Positions 52,501 through 64,000 of a DNA stretch of 64,000 nt are shown here, one piece after another; positions within the stretch are counted from its first letter, which is position 1, and each line of letters begins with the position of its first letter. Made by a program: the position numbers and the translations under genes. The stretch is from Eledone cirrhosa (Eukaryota), in NCBI GenBank assembly GCA_964016885.1, contig OZ024742.1, positions 70,804,001 through 70,868,000 of the forward strand, written 5' to 3'. Below the pieces are notes generated by a model that was not told where the DNA came from, made no database searches, and worked only from the letters and a program-made list of their open reading frames with translations.

Positions 52501-53935
52501 GAAGAGTTTAGCGTAAAAGTTGGTGTTCATCAGGGCTCCATCCTTAGCCCCCTATTATTTATTATTGCCCTTCAGGCTATAACAGAGGAGTTCAAGACCG
52601 GCTGCCCATGGGAACTCCTATATGCAGATGATCTAATGCTCATAGCTGAATCAATGGCTGAACTAGAGAAGAAATTCCAAACATGGAAGCATGGCCTAGA
52701 ATCAAAAGGCCTTAAAGTTAACTTGTCTAAGACTAAAGTTCTAGTTTGTAGGAAGGATAATAGGGCACCGGTCCCATCTGGGAAATGGCCATGCTCAGTG
52801 TGTAGGAAAGGAGTAGGTAGAAACTCCATTTTATGTCCCAAATGCAAAGTATGGGTACATAAAAGATGTAGTGGGATCACAGGTAAGCTAACTAAGAATA
52901 TAGATTTTACATGTGGCCGGTGCTCTGGTGCAATAAGTAGCAGCAAGTGCCCACAGAATACTAACTCATTCCATTGCACAGATGGTTCTATAGAAATAGT
53001 GGACAGCTTCCGTTACCTGGGTGATAAAATCAGCAGTGGGAGAGGGTGCTCTGAAAGTACAGTAGCTAGAGTCAGAACGGGATGGAAAAAGTTCAAAGAG
53101 CTTATACCACTATTGGCCGCTAAAGGGTTCTCTCTAAAAATGAAAGGCAGGTTGTATGATGCCTGCATACGAACAGCAATGTTACATGGCAGTGAGACCT
53201 GGGCATTGTGTGCAGAGGATATACGCAGACTGGAGAGAAATGAAGCTTGCATGCTCCACTGGATGTGTAATAGTAATATACGTGAACGGCAAAGCATAAA
53301 CGTACTAAGGGAGAAATTAGAAATAAGAGGGATCAGATGTTGTTTACTCGAGAGAAGACTACGTTGGTATGGTCACGTGATGCGCATGAAAGATGACAGC
53401 TGTATAAAAAAGTGCAGGGCAATAAAAATAGACGGTAGCTACGGAGTAGGCAGACCCAGAAAAACCTGGGACGACTTGATAAATTCTGACCTCACACACT
53501 TACACCTCTCCAAGACAATGTCACTGGACTGAGATCTTTGGCGCTACACAGTCATACAGAAGACCCGCCTTGCCTAAGTACAAAGCGAAACCTACAGTCA
53601 GTAGGCACCTCTAACAAAATACCCCACCCACCCACACCACCCCCTTAAATGTAAAGTTATGTTGGTACCACAACATCCAGTCCGAAACAAATGAAGTCGT
53701 GTAGGTGTCACGACAAAAAAACACACAGTCCACGCTGTAATGTGGCCGTGTAGGTAACATGGTAAAAACCTCCCAGTCCACACTGTAAATGTGGTTGGTG
53801 TTAGGAAGGGCATCCAGCTGTAGAAAACCTGCCAAACAGTCCTATATGAGCAAGACAACAAATCTTGCCTCAAGTGGGAAAACTCCCGTCCAAACCCATG
53901 CAAGCGTGGAAGATGGACGTTAAACGATGATGATA
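49560..53935 (+). mobile_element. Near full-length RTE-clade LINE (APE endonuclease, RT, PHD-like finger), inactivated; 5' end approximate
   Basis: VGTMNVGTL..CIQETR, SAYAPQ, AGDLNGHVG, QVDYIL; RT FVDLEKAFDRVPR, GVHQGSILSPLLF, LLYADDL; frameshifts near 49.88, 50.03 and 51.73 kb; premature TGA at 53530; (GAT)n tail. Confidence 0.95.
50445..51096 (+). mobile_element. 5'-truncated L1/Tx1-clade LINE inserted in the RTE endonuclease
   Basis: 19-bp TSD tatctgtaacactaacttc (50426-50444, 51097-51115); encodes EETVAHAFIHCP..LW (zf-RVT type knuckle); AATAAA at the 3' end. Confidence 0.88.
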
Positions 53936-54119
53936 TACCATCATCATCATCATCATCATTTAATGTCCATTTTCGTTGCTAGCATGATTTGGACGAGACT
54001 TCACTGACCTCCCAGTCAGGCTATGGGGTTCGCATCTCACTTACATACAGTTCCATGTTCTACCAATGCATTTTATCATGGCACTTGCACTAGAAAGTAT
54101 GTCATGTCTTTGACACAGT

Positions 54120-54897
54120 TGAAGGGTCCTCCCAACCCTTTGTTTGGCAAGCTTTCTAAGGCTGGATGCCCTTCCTAATTAACCACTTTACATTGTGTAC
54201 TAGGTGCTTTTATCATTAGATAACCAACACTAGGAGGTTGGCATGCCCATGACAAAACTAAAGGGTCCTCCCAACCCCTTGTTTAGCAAGCTTTCTATGG
54301 CTGGATGCCCTTCCTAACTAACCACTTTACATTGTGTACTAGGTGCTTTTATCATGTAGATAACCAACACTAGGAGGTTGGCATGCCCATGACAAAACTA
54401 AAGGGTCCTCCCAACCCCTTGTTTAGCAAGCTTTCTATGGCTGGATGCCCTTCCTAACTAACCACTTTACATTGTGTACTAGGTGCTTTTATCATTAGAT
54501 AACCAACACTAGGAGGTTGGCATGCCCATGACAAAACTAAAGGGTCCTCCCAACCCTTTGTTTGGCAAGCTTTCTCTGGCTGGATGCCCTTCCTATCACC
54601 AACCACTTTACATTGTGTACTAGGTGCTTTTATCATGTAGATAACCAACACTAGGAGGTTGGCATGCCCATGACAAAACTAAAGGGTCCTCCCAACCCCT
54701 TGTTTAGCAAGCTTTCTATGGCTGGATGCCCTTCCTATCACCAACCACTTTACATTGTGTACTAGGTGCTTTTATCATTAGATAACCAACACTAGGAGGT
54801 TGGCATGCCCATGACAAAACTAAAGGGTCCTCCCAACCCCTTGTTTAGCAAGCTTTCTATGGCTGGATGCCCTTCCTATCACCAACCACTTTACAGC
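54120..54897. repeat. About 140-bp tandem repeat (about 5.5 copies) derived from a retroposon tail
   Basis: aagggtcctcccaaccc recurs about every 140 bp; the unit contains ggctggatgcccttcct..aaccactttaca shared with RTE/SINE 3' regions. Confidence 0.92.
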
Positions 54898-55029
54898 TTA
54901 TATTGGGTGCATTTATCGTATAGGTCACCAACTTTAGAGTGGTTGTTGTATCACTGACACAACTGAAGTGTCCTAGAAAAATATGATTTTTTAAACATCA
55001 GATGGTTACAGGATTCCACCAGAGTAAAA

Positions 55030-56030
55030 TAGGAATCATTCATTCCCATAACACTTCTTCACCCAGTTATTTTCATCCTTCTTCAACCTGTAACCCAATC
55101 ATCTCATTCCATTTCTCTTCACAACATTCATCTCTCTGTTCTTTCTGTTGCTCCATCCTTATCACCCATGTCTTGCTCCCATAAATCACAGCACTTCTTA
55201 CATATACAGTATACATCTTTTCCTTCAGTTTCAGTGACAATCCCCTCTTCATTAACACACCACTCAGTTCCCAGAAATCTTCCATGCACATCTCACTCTA
55301 GCTACTGTCACCAAGTCCAGTCCACCCTTCCATTCAATATGTCTCCAAGGTAACCAAACGTTTTCACCATTCTCAAGATCCAGCTCAACATCCTCTCCAT
55401 CTGTAGCTCCCTCTTTACACACTTTACATGTAAATGTAGCAGCTGCATTATTTGATAATCCCTTCACACCACTACATATTCAATGTACCTACCCAGTACA
55501 TATCATATGTTTAATATAAGTTTAGTATTTACAGAAATATTATTATTTACTCATCATCATCATCATCAGCATTATCATCGTCATCATCAGCATTATCATC
55601 ATCATCATTGTCATCATTGCCATCATCATCAGCATTTTTACATCTTCTTTTCCATGGTTCCATCAGTTAAATGAGTCTTCTCCAACAGTGTCCCTCCATT
55701 TGTATTCCTTTGTCATTTTCTTCCTGAGGTTCACCATCCTGAAATTCCATTTCACCACCTCTGTCCAAGCTTTCTCAATCTTCTTCCACAGCTTTCTTCC
55801 ACTTAAAAATTTTGGCACTTTTTAACTCAACAATTATCATCCATGTAAATCATATGTCTGTACCAGCATAATCTTCTCTCTTGCAGACTTGCACACTACA
55901 TCTTATGCTCAGGTTTTCTTTCAAATTATCTCTTCTTTATCATTTATGTACACTAACCTTAAACATCCAGCAGAGAATGCTATCCTCATTTTTGAACTTT
56001 GAATATCTTTGCTTTCAGTGACCAGGTATG
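55030..56030 (-). pseudogene. Two degenerate RTE fragments
   Basis: VTVARVRCAWK...LSLKLKEKMYTVYVRSAVIYGSKTW, plus a second remnant at about 55640-56030 next to a (CAT)n tract. Confidence 0.6.
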
Positions 56031-56066
56031 TTATTCTTAGAAAATATCATCACATTTTTTTTCCAG

Positions 56067-56139
56067 GTGTGGTATGCTGCACATTATGCAAAGCGAATTG
56101 GAGCACGTGTTCTTGATATCACAGATGAAGATATTGAAG
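56067..56139 (+). CDS. PRDM10: PRDM10 coding exon 10: end of the PR domain
   Basis: tttttccag acceptor; VWYAAHYAKRIGARVLDITDEDIE completes ELKVWYA; donor gttatt, phase 1. Confidence 0.92.
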
Positions 56140-56743
56140 GTTATTATCTACATTGTCATGTTTCTTAATACTATACAGGCATGGATGTATGGTTAAGAAG
56201 TTTGCTTCACAATCACAATCATAAAATCCTAGATTCAATCCCATTGTGTGGTATCTTGGGCAAGAAACTTTACCATAACTCCATGTTAACCCAAGTCTTG
56301 TGAGTGAAACTGGGTAGATGGAAATTGAACAGAGGCTCATCAGATGGACTGTAGTTGTAATTCTAAGGTGCAATCTTGTCACATATTGTGTCATACTGAT
56401 TCAGTTTGTAAATTACATTAGGGGAACATGTCTGTCAAATACTCAACCACTTACACAAGTTAGATTCCTGGTTGATTGAATAATTTGATGCTCATTGATG
56501 GAGGGTCTGCCATCAATAAAACAAAATGTGTCTGGAATACTCAACCACTTACACATCTTGCCTCTTTCTGCCAGGAATTGTGACAGACAGATATTATTAG
56601 CTATAGAAAGACCAAAGGAAGCATTTTCCTCGGTCCAATCTAATGATCCTCTTCTTTCGTTCTTTTTTTTCTTTTCCTTTAAAATGTTCCATTTTTGAAA
56701 ATTAGAATTTCTGTGATTCATTTTGGATTTAACCTATTGGCAG

Positions 56744-56967
56744 CTTTGGATGAACAAGAGCGGAAATGGCCATGTTATGAATGTAATAAACGGTTTAAAA
56801 CATCAGCTGCACTTCAGAAACATTTAGTTGTTCATGAAGAAAACACATCAGGCCAGCATCAAGATGATGACCTTAGTGTAAGAGGAGAGACACTGATGCA
56901 GAAAAACCGACGTAAAGGATACTCTTTACAAGCAGGAACATTGAAACGGAAGAGACAGCACCCCAAG
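56744..56967 (+). CDS. PRDM10: PRDM10 coding exon 11: first C2H2 finger and basic patch
   Basis: [31 protein letters not shown] resembles the post-PR finger of vertebrate PRDM10 as I recall it (WPCYECNRRF); aag|gtagta donor. Confidence 0.9.
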
Positions 56968-57031
56968 GTAGTAAATAGAACTAATATTTTGATTTCTATT
57001 ATTCCCTTTTACTTAGAACCATAGTTCTTAA

Positions 57032-57241
57032 CCCTTTTGTTACCATATTTCTAATGAAAAACATGGTTTTTAAATAATTTTGAAAATTTTGAGAAATTTT
57101 CTCTTTTTAATCTTGTGTTTGGAGCATAACTTAACAAAAGTTATTATATAAAATTATGAAGGAAGGTTTTAGATACTTTAAAGCAAACAGTTTAGTCCTG
57201 TGAAACTAGAGGTAATTTCAGGTGGTGTGGTATCAAAAGGG
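57032..57241. mobile_element. piggyBac-type MITE, family B
   Basis: TTAA|cccttttg...caaaaggg|TTAA. Confidence 0.8.
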
Positions 57242-57989
57242 TTAACCTATCTCAGCTTGGCTTCTAATTATTTTATTTTTTTAAATTGCTTTATGTATTC
57301 CTAATTTTTAATTCTTTCATATATTTGATTGGTGATAAGGCCTATCAAATATTTGAAAGAATTAAAAATTAGGATTACTTAAAGCTATTTTTTAATTTTC
57401 ACCAACCTTCACAAATTATATTTGTATCAGATTTTTTTTTCTAGTGTTGTCAAGTCTTCTGCGTTTTACAGGTTTTTCAGTTAAACATATTATCAAGAGC
57501 ATAACTTTTTATTCCAGTTGATGTGAATAGTTCTTTCATTTGATATTTGTATTTTGGTGGTTGTCTTAAGTATCTAAAGCTAGTTAATTGTTCAAAGAAA
57601 GCTTTGAGAGAGACAATACTGTTGACAGACAACACTGACTGCTAGAAGGAATTAAAGCATTTTATAACATTTGCTCATTCCCTCCCAACTTTTTTGTTTT
57701 AATTATAATTATGTTCTATGAATACTAAATATAAATTTCCAGAACGTCTTTCTCAGATCATAGTGTTTGCGACATATCAACAACAAATGTTGTGCAATTA
57801 TTATTATCTATATAAGGGTGGTTGGTTGACAGTACTGGTAGAGCATCACACAACATGCTTTGCAGTATATATTTATAGCCCTTTACATTCTAAATTCAAA
57901 TCTCACCGAGGTTAGCTTTACCTTTCATCCTTCAGCCTCTTCTGCATACTATCTTCTGACATGTAGACAACTCCTCTTATGAAATGATC

Positions 57990-59230
57990 AACAGACTGAA
58001 AAACCTTAACCCCCACAACACTTGGTCAGAAAAGATACCCTTTTAGCTTTTCCCTCTACCCCCCGGCCATCGACTTAATTAATGACAACCTTACCGCCTC
58101 TACCAACCTCAATTGTTTTGGCCTCACTGCTGCTTACATCCACAAGTTGTTCTCTGTTGTCATGTGCAACGCCTTCCAGTTCAAGGGCTCCATCTTACAA
58201 ACAGATATTGGGACTGCCGATGGAGTCAAGTCTTTCAGGCCTGCTAGCCATCAAATACATGGACCAGTTGGAGCATACAGCACTCACTACCTACCTCTCT
58301 TGCTTCTTCTTCTCCAGTTACTTGGATGATATCTCTCTGCTTCCTTCATTACGTGAAGAAGCCGTAAAAATACACAACATCTTCAAAAGCATGGATGCAC
58401 ACATAAACTTTGAAGTTGAGCACCCTGATATCAGTGGAACCCTCTCTCTACTCAACTTTACATTAAGAATCACAGAGAAAGGACCCATACATATCTAATT
58501 TTACAGAAAGGATGCCTGCTGGAACCTATTTGGGCACCACAAATCCGCCCTCCCCTACAAAGCCAAACTGGCCTATGTACAGACTGAAATTTCATGGATA
58601 TGCAACAGATGCAGCAAGAGTAGCAACAAATGCACCACTATGGACAAATTCCAAACAGTTCTTATCAAAATTGGCTACTCAACTTCTCTCACCAAACATT
58701 GAGATACCAAGGCACCCCCCCACAAGAGAACAAGGATGATACACGTCCCTAGGGATAGCATACGCTATCTAAAGTTGCCATATTTCAATAAGAGGACAAC
58801 TACTGCGATTTGACAAGCTACCTATAGGGAGGAGAGTCTGCACATACAACTGCCACATTTGTGACTCTCCCTGAGGAGACTACTCTCCAAACCCCAATCA
58901 ACAACCAGCAATATATGCATACTTCCTAACTGTTCCATCAACAAAATGGATGTATGCATGAGAACGTATGTGGTCTACAGGGTTACATGCAGATGATTTG
59001 GTTCCTCATACATTGGAAGTATTATCCAGATATTGACATATGGATCAAGGAGCACATGACTACAAGAGCTTTCTTTGTCAAAAAGCATCTTGATAAATGC
59101 TGCAACCGAGACATTGAGGTCATCATAGAGATGACTGAGAGGAATGTAGGGAATTTATGAATTAAGGAAGCCATAATTATAAACCACTAATGAACAATAG
59201 AACGGAGCTACATGTAGCTGAGTAGCTTTT
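57990..59230 (+). mobile_element. Penelope-like element remnant (RT plus GIY-YIG endonuclease)
   Basis: YKQILGLPMESSLSGLLAIKYM, YLDDI, INFEVEHPD..GTLSLLN, FYRK, YLKLPY, VVYRVTC...YIGS...IKEH across frameshifts. Confidence 0.8.
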
Positions 59231-59429
59231 ATGACTGCTCAACGCATGTGCAATCAAACTGTTTACCACACACATAACATAGGAAAGGTTTATTAGAACA
59301 GAACGCATTGATTTTTCATTTTTTCTGCATTCATTTGAAAAGAAGGTATTAACTTTGAAATATGATCCTTGTTTTGTTATCCTTTACTTTAGTACCACCT
59401 TTATGTTTCTTTATATTTATATTTTTAAG

Positions 59430-59494
59430 TGTATAAATGGAGACATCAGTAATTTTCCTTGGAAAAAGAAGTCATCTACATTCTATTTAAACAA
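59430..59494 (+). CDS. PRDM10: PRDM10 coding exon 12 (65-nt exon, absent from the ORF track)
   Basis: tttttaag acceptor; CINGDISNFPWKKKSSTFYLN(K); aa|gtaagt donor; provides exactly the phase 0 to 2 change needed to join the last exon. Confidence 0.75.
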
Positions 59495-60453
59495 GTAAGT
59501 TACTAATTTGTGTTTGGTCATTTTCTTGTATTTGGTCATGGTATCTTCTGCAGCTGGATACCCTTCCTAATGCCAATCATGTTACAGTGTGGAGTGGGTG
59601 CCTTTTATCGTGGCACCAAAATGACCTTCTAACAGGTTGGACTGGGTGTTTTTTTTTGTTGTCGTGTCACCAGCATGACCACCTTTGAGGGTGGATTGGG
59701 TGCTTTTTGACATGTCACCAGCGTGAATACCTTAAAGAGAATACTGGGTGCTTTTTTTCTTTGTGTCACCAGCACAACCACCTTGCAGGATTGACTGTGT
59801 GCTATTTTCTCGTGTCACCAACATGACCACTTTCCAAGGTGGACTGGGTACTTTTATTGTCGTGGCACCAGATTACCATATAGGGTGGACTTAGTGCTTT
59901 TTGTTGTGGCTGCAGCATTATGGGAAATGTACCCAACTTGTACTCAGATGTGGAGTGTACCCAACTTTCCATGCTTGTATGCATGGGCTGGGCAAGAGAG
60001 GTGTATCAGAAGTGAGGGTTGGGGTGGGAAACAAGTAAGCAAGTTTGACATGCACAAAGTGATGGGATATTTAGCTAGTGAGTGGGGATAGATATGTGTG
60101 TGTGTAAAAGTAATAACAAAAATAACAAAACAAACAGCACAGTGCATGGAAGAAATATATAAGTTTAATACTTGAAATAGCAGGAAGAAAGTCTTAGTCC
60201 TTCATCAGAAGATAGAGTTAGAAATAGAAGATAAATAGAAAGTAAAGAGTGATGAGAAGAAGGAATGGGGAAAATGAGAAAAATGAGAAAATCACACATG
60301 CGTATTCAGTCGGATCTTCTTCAGTGCAACATAAAGCCAGAGACCTCGATCCTATGTCATCTCCTTTGAGAGGTTTAATTTACTTTTTATTGTTGCATTG
60401 TTTGTACATATATTTTGTTATTAATATTAAATGTTTATTATTTTTTGCTTCAG

Positions 60454-62497
60454 AACACTGAAAAAATATCATCGTAGACTGGATCAAGAGGCACTTCGAC
60501 GTCGATCATTAAAACCTCTGTATCGTAAGAAAGGCAAAGTAAGTGGTGGAAATGAGTGGGTGTGTACACACTGTGACCTGACATTTGATAATTCAAACCT
60601 GCTCAACTTACACACACTCACCCATGCTGCTGAAGATGTGGGTTTAGATGAAGTGAAACGGCTTGCTTGTGATCCCAATGAAATGAAACCAGTGCTAACA
60701 AATTCCATCCAAATACAACAGATTGCCAATGGAGAGGCCAGCAATGAAGTTGCTTCATTGGAAGAGTCTGATAGTGTTATTACTTTAAACTCAGATGTTT
60801 TGGAATGTCCAGTATGTTTTTTATCCTTCCATAAACAACAAGATCTTATAGAGCATGCTAGTGTACATGGCAAAACTAAACGAAAGATGGTACACAATCC
60901 CCAACGACCACATAAGTGTCAGAAATGTTGGAAAGCTTTTAGTAATTATGAACGCCTTCAGAAACACCTTTTGTGCCATGGTGATGAGAATTCTAAACCA
61001 CTTCAATGTAAAGTGTGTTTTAAACGTTTTATGAACAACTCTGCACTCTCTTGTCACATGAAGACACATAGTGATAAAAAGTATTATGAGTGCCCTCTTT
61101 GTCATTCAGACTTTGACCAAGCTGGTTTATTAAAGAGTCATGTGACTGAACATGAAGACGTAAATGGTAAATATAAATGTCCTATATGTATGCGGATGTT
61201 TGATGAATTTGTTACTATTCGAAAGCACATGCGTGCATTCCATTCAGCCATAAAATATCCCTGCCCTCAATGTGATAAGCTATTTCCACGGCCAGATAAG
61301 TTGAAATTGCACATGCTACGACATTCCTCTCACCGGGAGTTTATGTGTGAAAGCTGTGGCCGGCAGTTCAAGAGAAAGGATAAATTAAAGGAACATATGA
61401 AAAGAATGCATTCAGAGGAGCGTGAAGCACGATTAGCAAATAAGGAAGAAAAACCAGTCAACCATAAAAAATTCATCCCTAAAGTGTCCCCCAATGATTA
61501 TCACCGTTTTATTTACAAATGTCATGCATGTCTCCTTGGTTTCAAACGGAGGGGTATGCTGGTCAACCATTTGGCCAAAAGACATCCTGACATAAAGCCA
61601 GATACTGTGCCTGAATTGAATCTTCCAATATTAAAGACTCAGAGAGACTATTATTGTCAGTATTGTGAAAAAGTCTACAAGTCCAGCTCAAAACGAAAAG
61701 CTCATATATTAAAGAACCACCCTGGATCTGAACTACCAATGAGCAGTCGGAAGAAATCTCAAATCCATGAAGTTCCTGGCCATCCAAACCCAACATATTC
61801 TCAGATGGTTGGTAGTATTACTACAATGCCCCATCAGTGTGATTTCTGCCATAAGCAGTATGCTAGCAAGGCAAAGTTAATGCAACATCATCGGAAAAAA
61901 CATCCAGAAATGTTGCCACCACAATCATCTGTGAAACGGGTGAAAGAAGAACATTCGGCCGCTATGTTGCCTGACAATTCTCATGTTGTTACTGAAGAGG
62001 AATTTGTAGCTGATGTGCATGGTTCTGTCTCAGCACAAGCTATCTCTGACCAGTATCAACCAGCTGATCTCCTCACTCAAGCCATGACAGAGCTGACACA
62101 AACATCTCTTGATTACCAACCTTCTGGAGAATATTCAGTGAGCAGAGTTACTAACACAGCCAACACTACAGGCCATACAGCTATGGTTCACATCCAACCA
62201 GCACAAATCGGCACGGTCTCTGTTGTTAGTCAGCCTACTACAACGATAGAACTCAGTCATCTTGGACAGAATCTGGTGCACACTCAACTGGCAGCTGCTG
62301 CTGCTGCCGCTGCTAGTCAACAACAACAGCAAACTGTACAGACTATTGCAGCTCTTCCTGCTTCAGATACTGATCAAACACTGAACACTTCTCATCATAC
62401 CATAGCTTCTTCGTTGACTCCATCTCCTGTACCTGTTAGTATGACTGGTGCAACTTTGGCTCTGGCTAGGTCTTGGAATAACTTCAACTTTAACTGA
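60454..62497 (+). CDS. PRDM10: PRDM10 terminal coding exon: 11 C2H2 fingers plus Q/A/T-rich tail
   Basis: ttttgcttcag acceptor; fingers include FPRPDKLKLHMLRH, FKRKDKLKEHMKRMH, FKRRGMLVNHLAKRHP, RDYYCQYCEKVYKSSSKRKAHILKNHP; DLLTQAMTEL motif; all recognised as PRDM10-type; TGA at 62495-62497. Confidence 0.95.
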
Positions 62498-63134
62498 GTC
62501 AATCAGATATTTTCTCAGATTCTGTGACACTTTCTTCTGTCTCTCTCTGTAGAGATTCCCTATCAGCAAGTTTGCCGAGTGTCTGTATAAATATTTATCT
62601 GTATGCTATTGATCTGTGACCCCTACTAATAATCTATCTGGCTGTTTTGTGGGATTGTTTTACTATCTGGATCTGTGTGTGAGTTTTTCTATTTCTCAGA
62701 TATACAAACTATATCTGTCAGAGATGTATTGATGAAACCAAGAGTTTGATTGTGACTAAAATGGCTGCTTTTATTCCATCCTTTCTCCTCTCCCCAACCT
62801 CTCAGTATATTTGTCAGTCTCTAACAAACACTATATATCTTTCTCTCTCTTATCTTCTTCTTCTTCTTCTTCTTCTATCTTCCTTTTCTCTCTCTATATA
62901 TCTCTTCTTTTATGCTTGTCTATTTGTCTCTTTAAGTTTTTCCTCATATACACAAATTTTCTCCCCTGTCCCCCAACACACAAACTCCCTTGACTGCCCC
63001 ATACACACACTCCCTCTTTTGTCCTCCTCACACAACACTCAAACTCCTTTCCCCATACAAACTCCCCCATCTGCTAACCCCCCCCCCCCTCCCCAGTTGT
63101 TTAGTCCTCCTTATTGTTGTTGTTTACAGCCAAC

Positions 63135-63305
63135 CTGGCAGTAATATTTATAGTACTTACTAGTACAATAAGTGGCAGTAATATCTATAGTACTTACTAA
63201 TAGAATAAGTGGCAGTGATACTAATAGTACTTACTAGTAGAATAAGTGGCAGTAATATTTATAGTTCTTATTTGTACAATAAGTGGCAGTAATACTAATT
63301 GTACT
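63135..63305. repeat. About 37-bp tandem repeat downstream of the PRDM10 stop
   Basis: aataagtggcagtaatatttatagtacttactagtac, about 4.5 copies. Confidence 0.8.
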
Positions 63306-63424
63306 AGTGAGTTTTATTATTATTAGCTATAAGTCTATCACAAAATGCTGCTTATCCTCATTGTGGCCCCATAGGAAGAATTCCTTATCAATAAGGTCAG
63401 AAAAGGTAAATTTCTAGACCAAAT

Positions 63425-63475
<51 letters not shown>

Positions 63476-63820
63476 GCCATCACCACCAGTTAATTTTGTT
63501 CATCTATGTTCTGAATTCAACAAGAATTTAATTTGTCTTTCATCTCTCCAGCATATATTCAATAAGTATGAGACATGTGTTGGGGTAGATTCAATTTACT
63601 ATATCCCCCTCCCCTACAAACTTCTGGTCTTGTGTCTCTAATATTAAGGATCTGATGAATGTCATAGAGCAATTTCTGTGCGAGCCAAGACTAAAACCGG
63701 GTTTCAATTTGTAGTTACAACTATTCACTCAGCACATATAAATGTTGGCAAAATTATGAAATGCATTATTTCCCATTCTCTCTTCCTCAAGGCTTTATGC
63801 TTACTTATATAAGAAACCGC

Positions 63821-63903
<83 letters not shown>

Positions 63904-64000
63904 GTATGTATATACAACTAATAGCAATGCCTGATCTTGTCTGGGTTTATGGAAAGTATCAGAAAAATTCATTTGGTCATTAACTTCTTGAAAAGATGTA

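Noticed and set aside
51916-53532. Active or domesticated reverse transcriptase gene
   Set aside because: Upstream frameshifts, an L1/Tx1 insertion in the endonuclease and a premature stop relative to the 44148 copy indicate a dead element.
60431-62497. Stand-alone single-exon zinc-finger gene starting at ATG 60431
   Set aside because: That ATG lies in the pyrimidine tract of the acceptor at 60453, and the fingers are PRDM10-type and in phase with the upstream PR exons.
62498-64000. PRDM10 polyadenylation site
   Set aside because: I saw no convincing canonical AATAAA with a downstream element; the 3' UTR end cannot be placed and may lie beyond the window.

Overview
AT-rich animal genomic DNA, probably a coleoid cephalopod (octopus-like). 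That assignment is inferred from repeat content and microsatellite load, not from a database hit. The window holds one clear protein-coding gene on the + strand, a PRDM10 orthologue. I reconstruct 13 coding exons from 25779 to 62497, all with GT-AG borders and compatible phases, totalling 4470 nt (1489 aa). The protein has a Q/S/T-rich N-terminus, a PR zinc knuckle, a PR/SET domain and 12 C2H2 fingers. A candidate non-coding first exon and promoter lie near 14.0-14.27 kb. The rest is mobile DNA and repeats, often nested: a near full-length RTE LINE with an internal PHD-like finger interrupted by an L1/Tx1 fragment, two antisense copies of that RTE in other introns, a young CR1-type insertion, CRE and Penelope remnants, a minimal hammerhead ribozyme motif, a Buster-type hAT nested in another with intact TIRs/TSD, a head-to-tail Helitron dimer, piggyBac-type MITEs, tRNA-derived SINEs, a 6.2-kb 63-bp satellite and several long snap-back palindromes. 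I found no CRISPR or other prokaryotic system and no demonstrably new system. The best leads are regulatory or RNA-structural: uORFs, intronic dsRNA around the PR-domain exons, the ribozyme and the palindromes.
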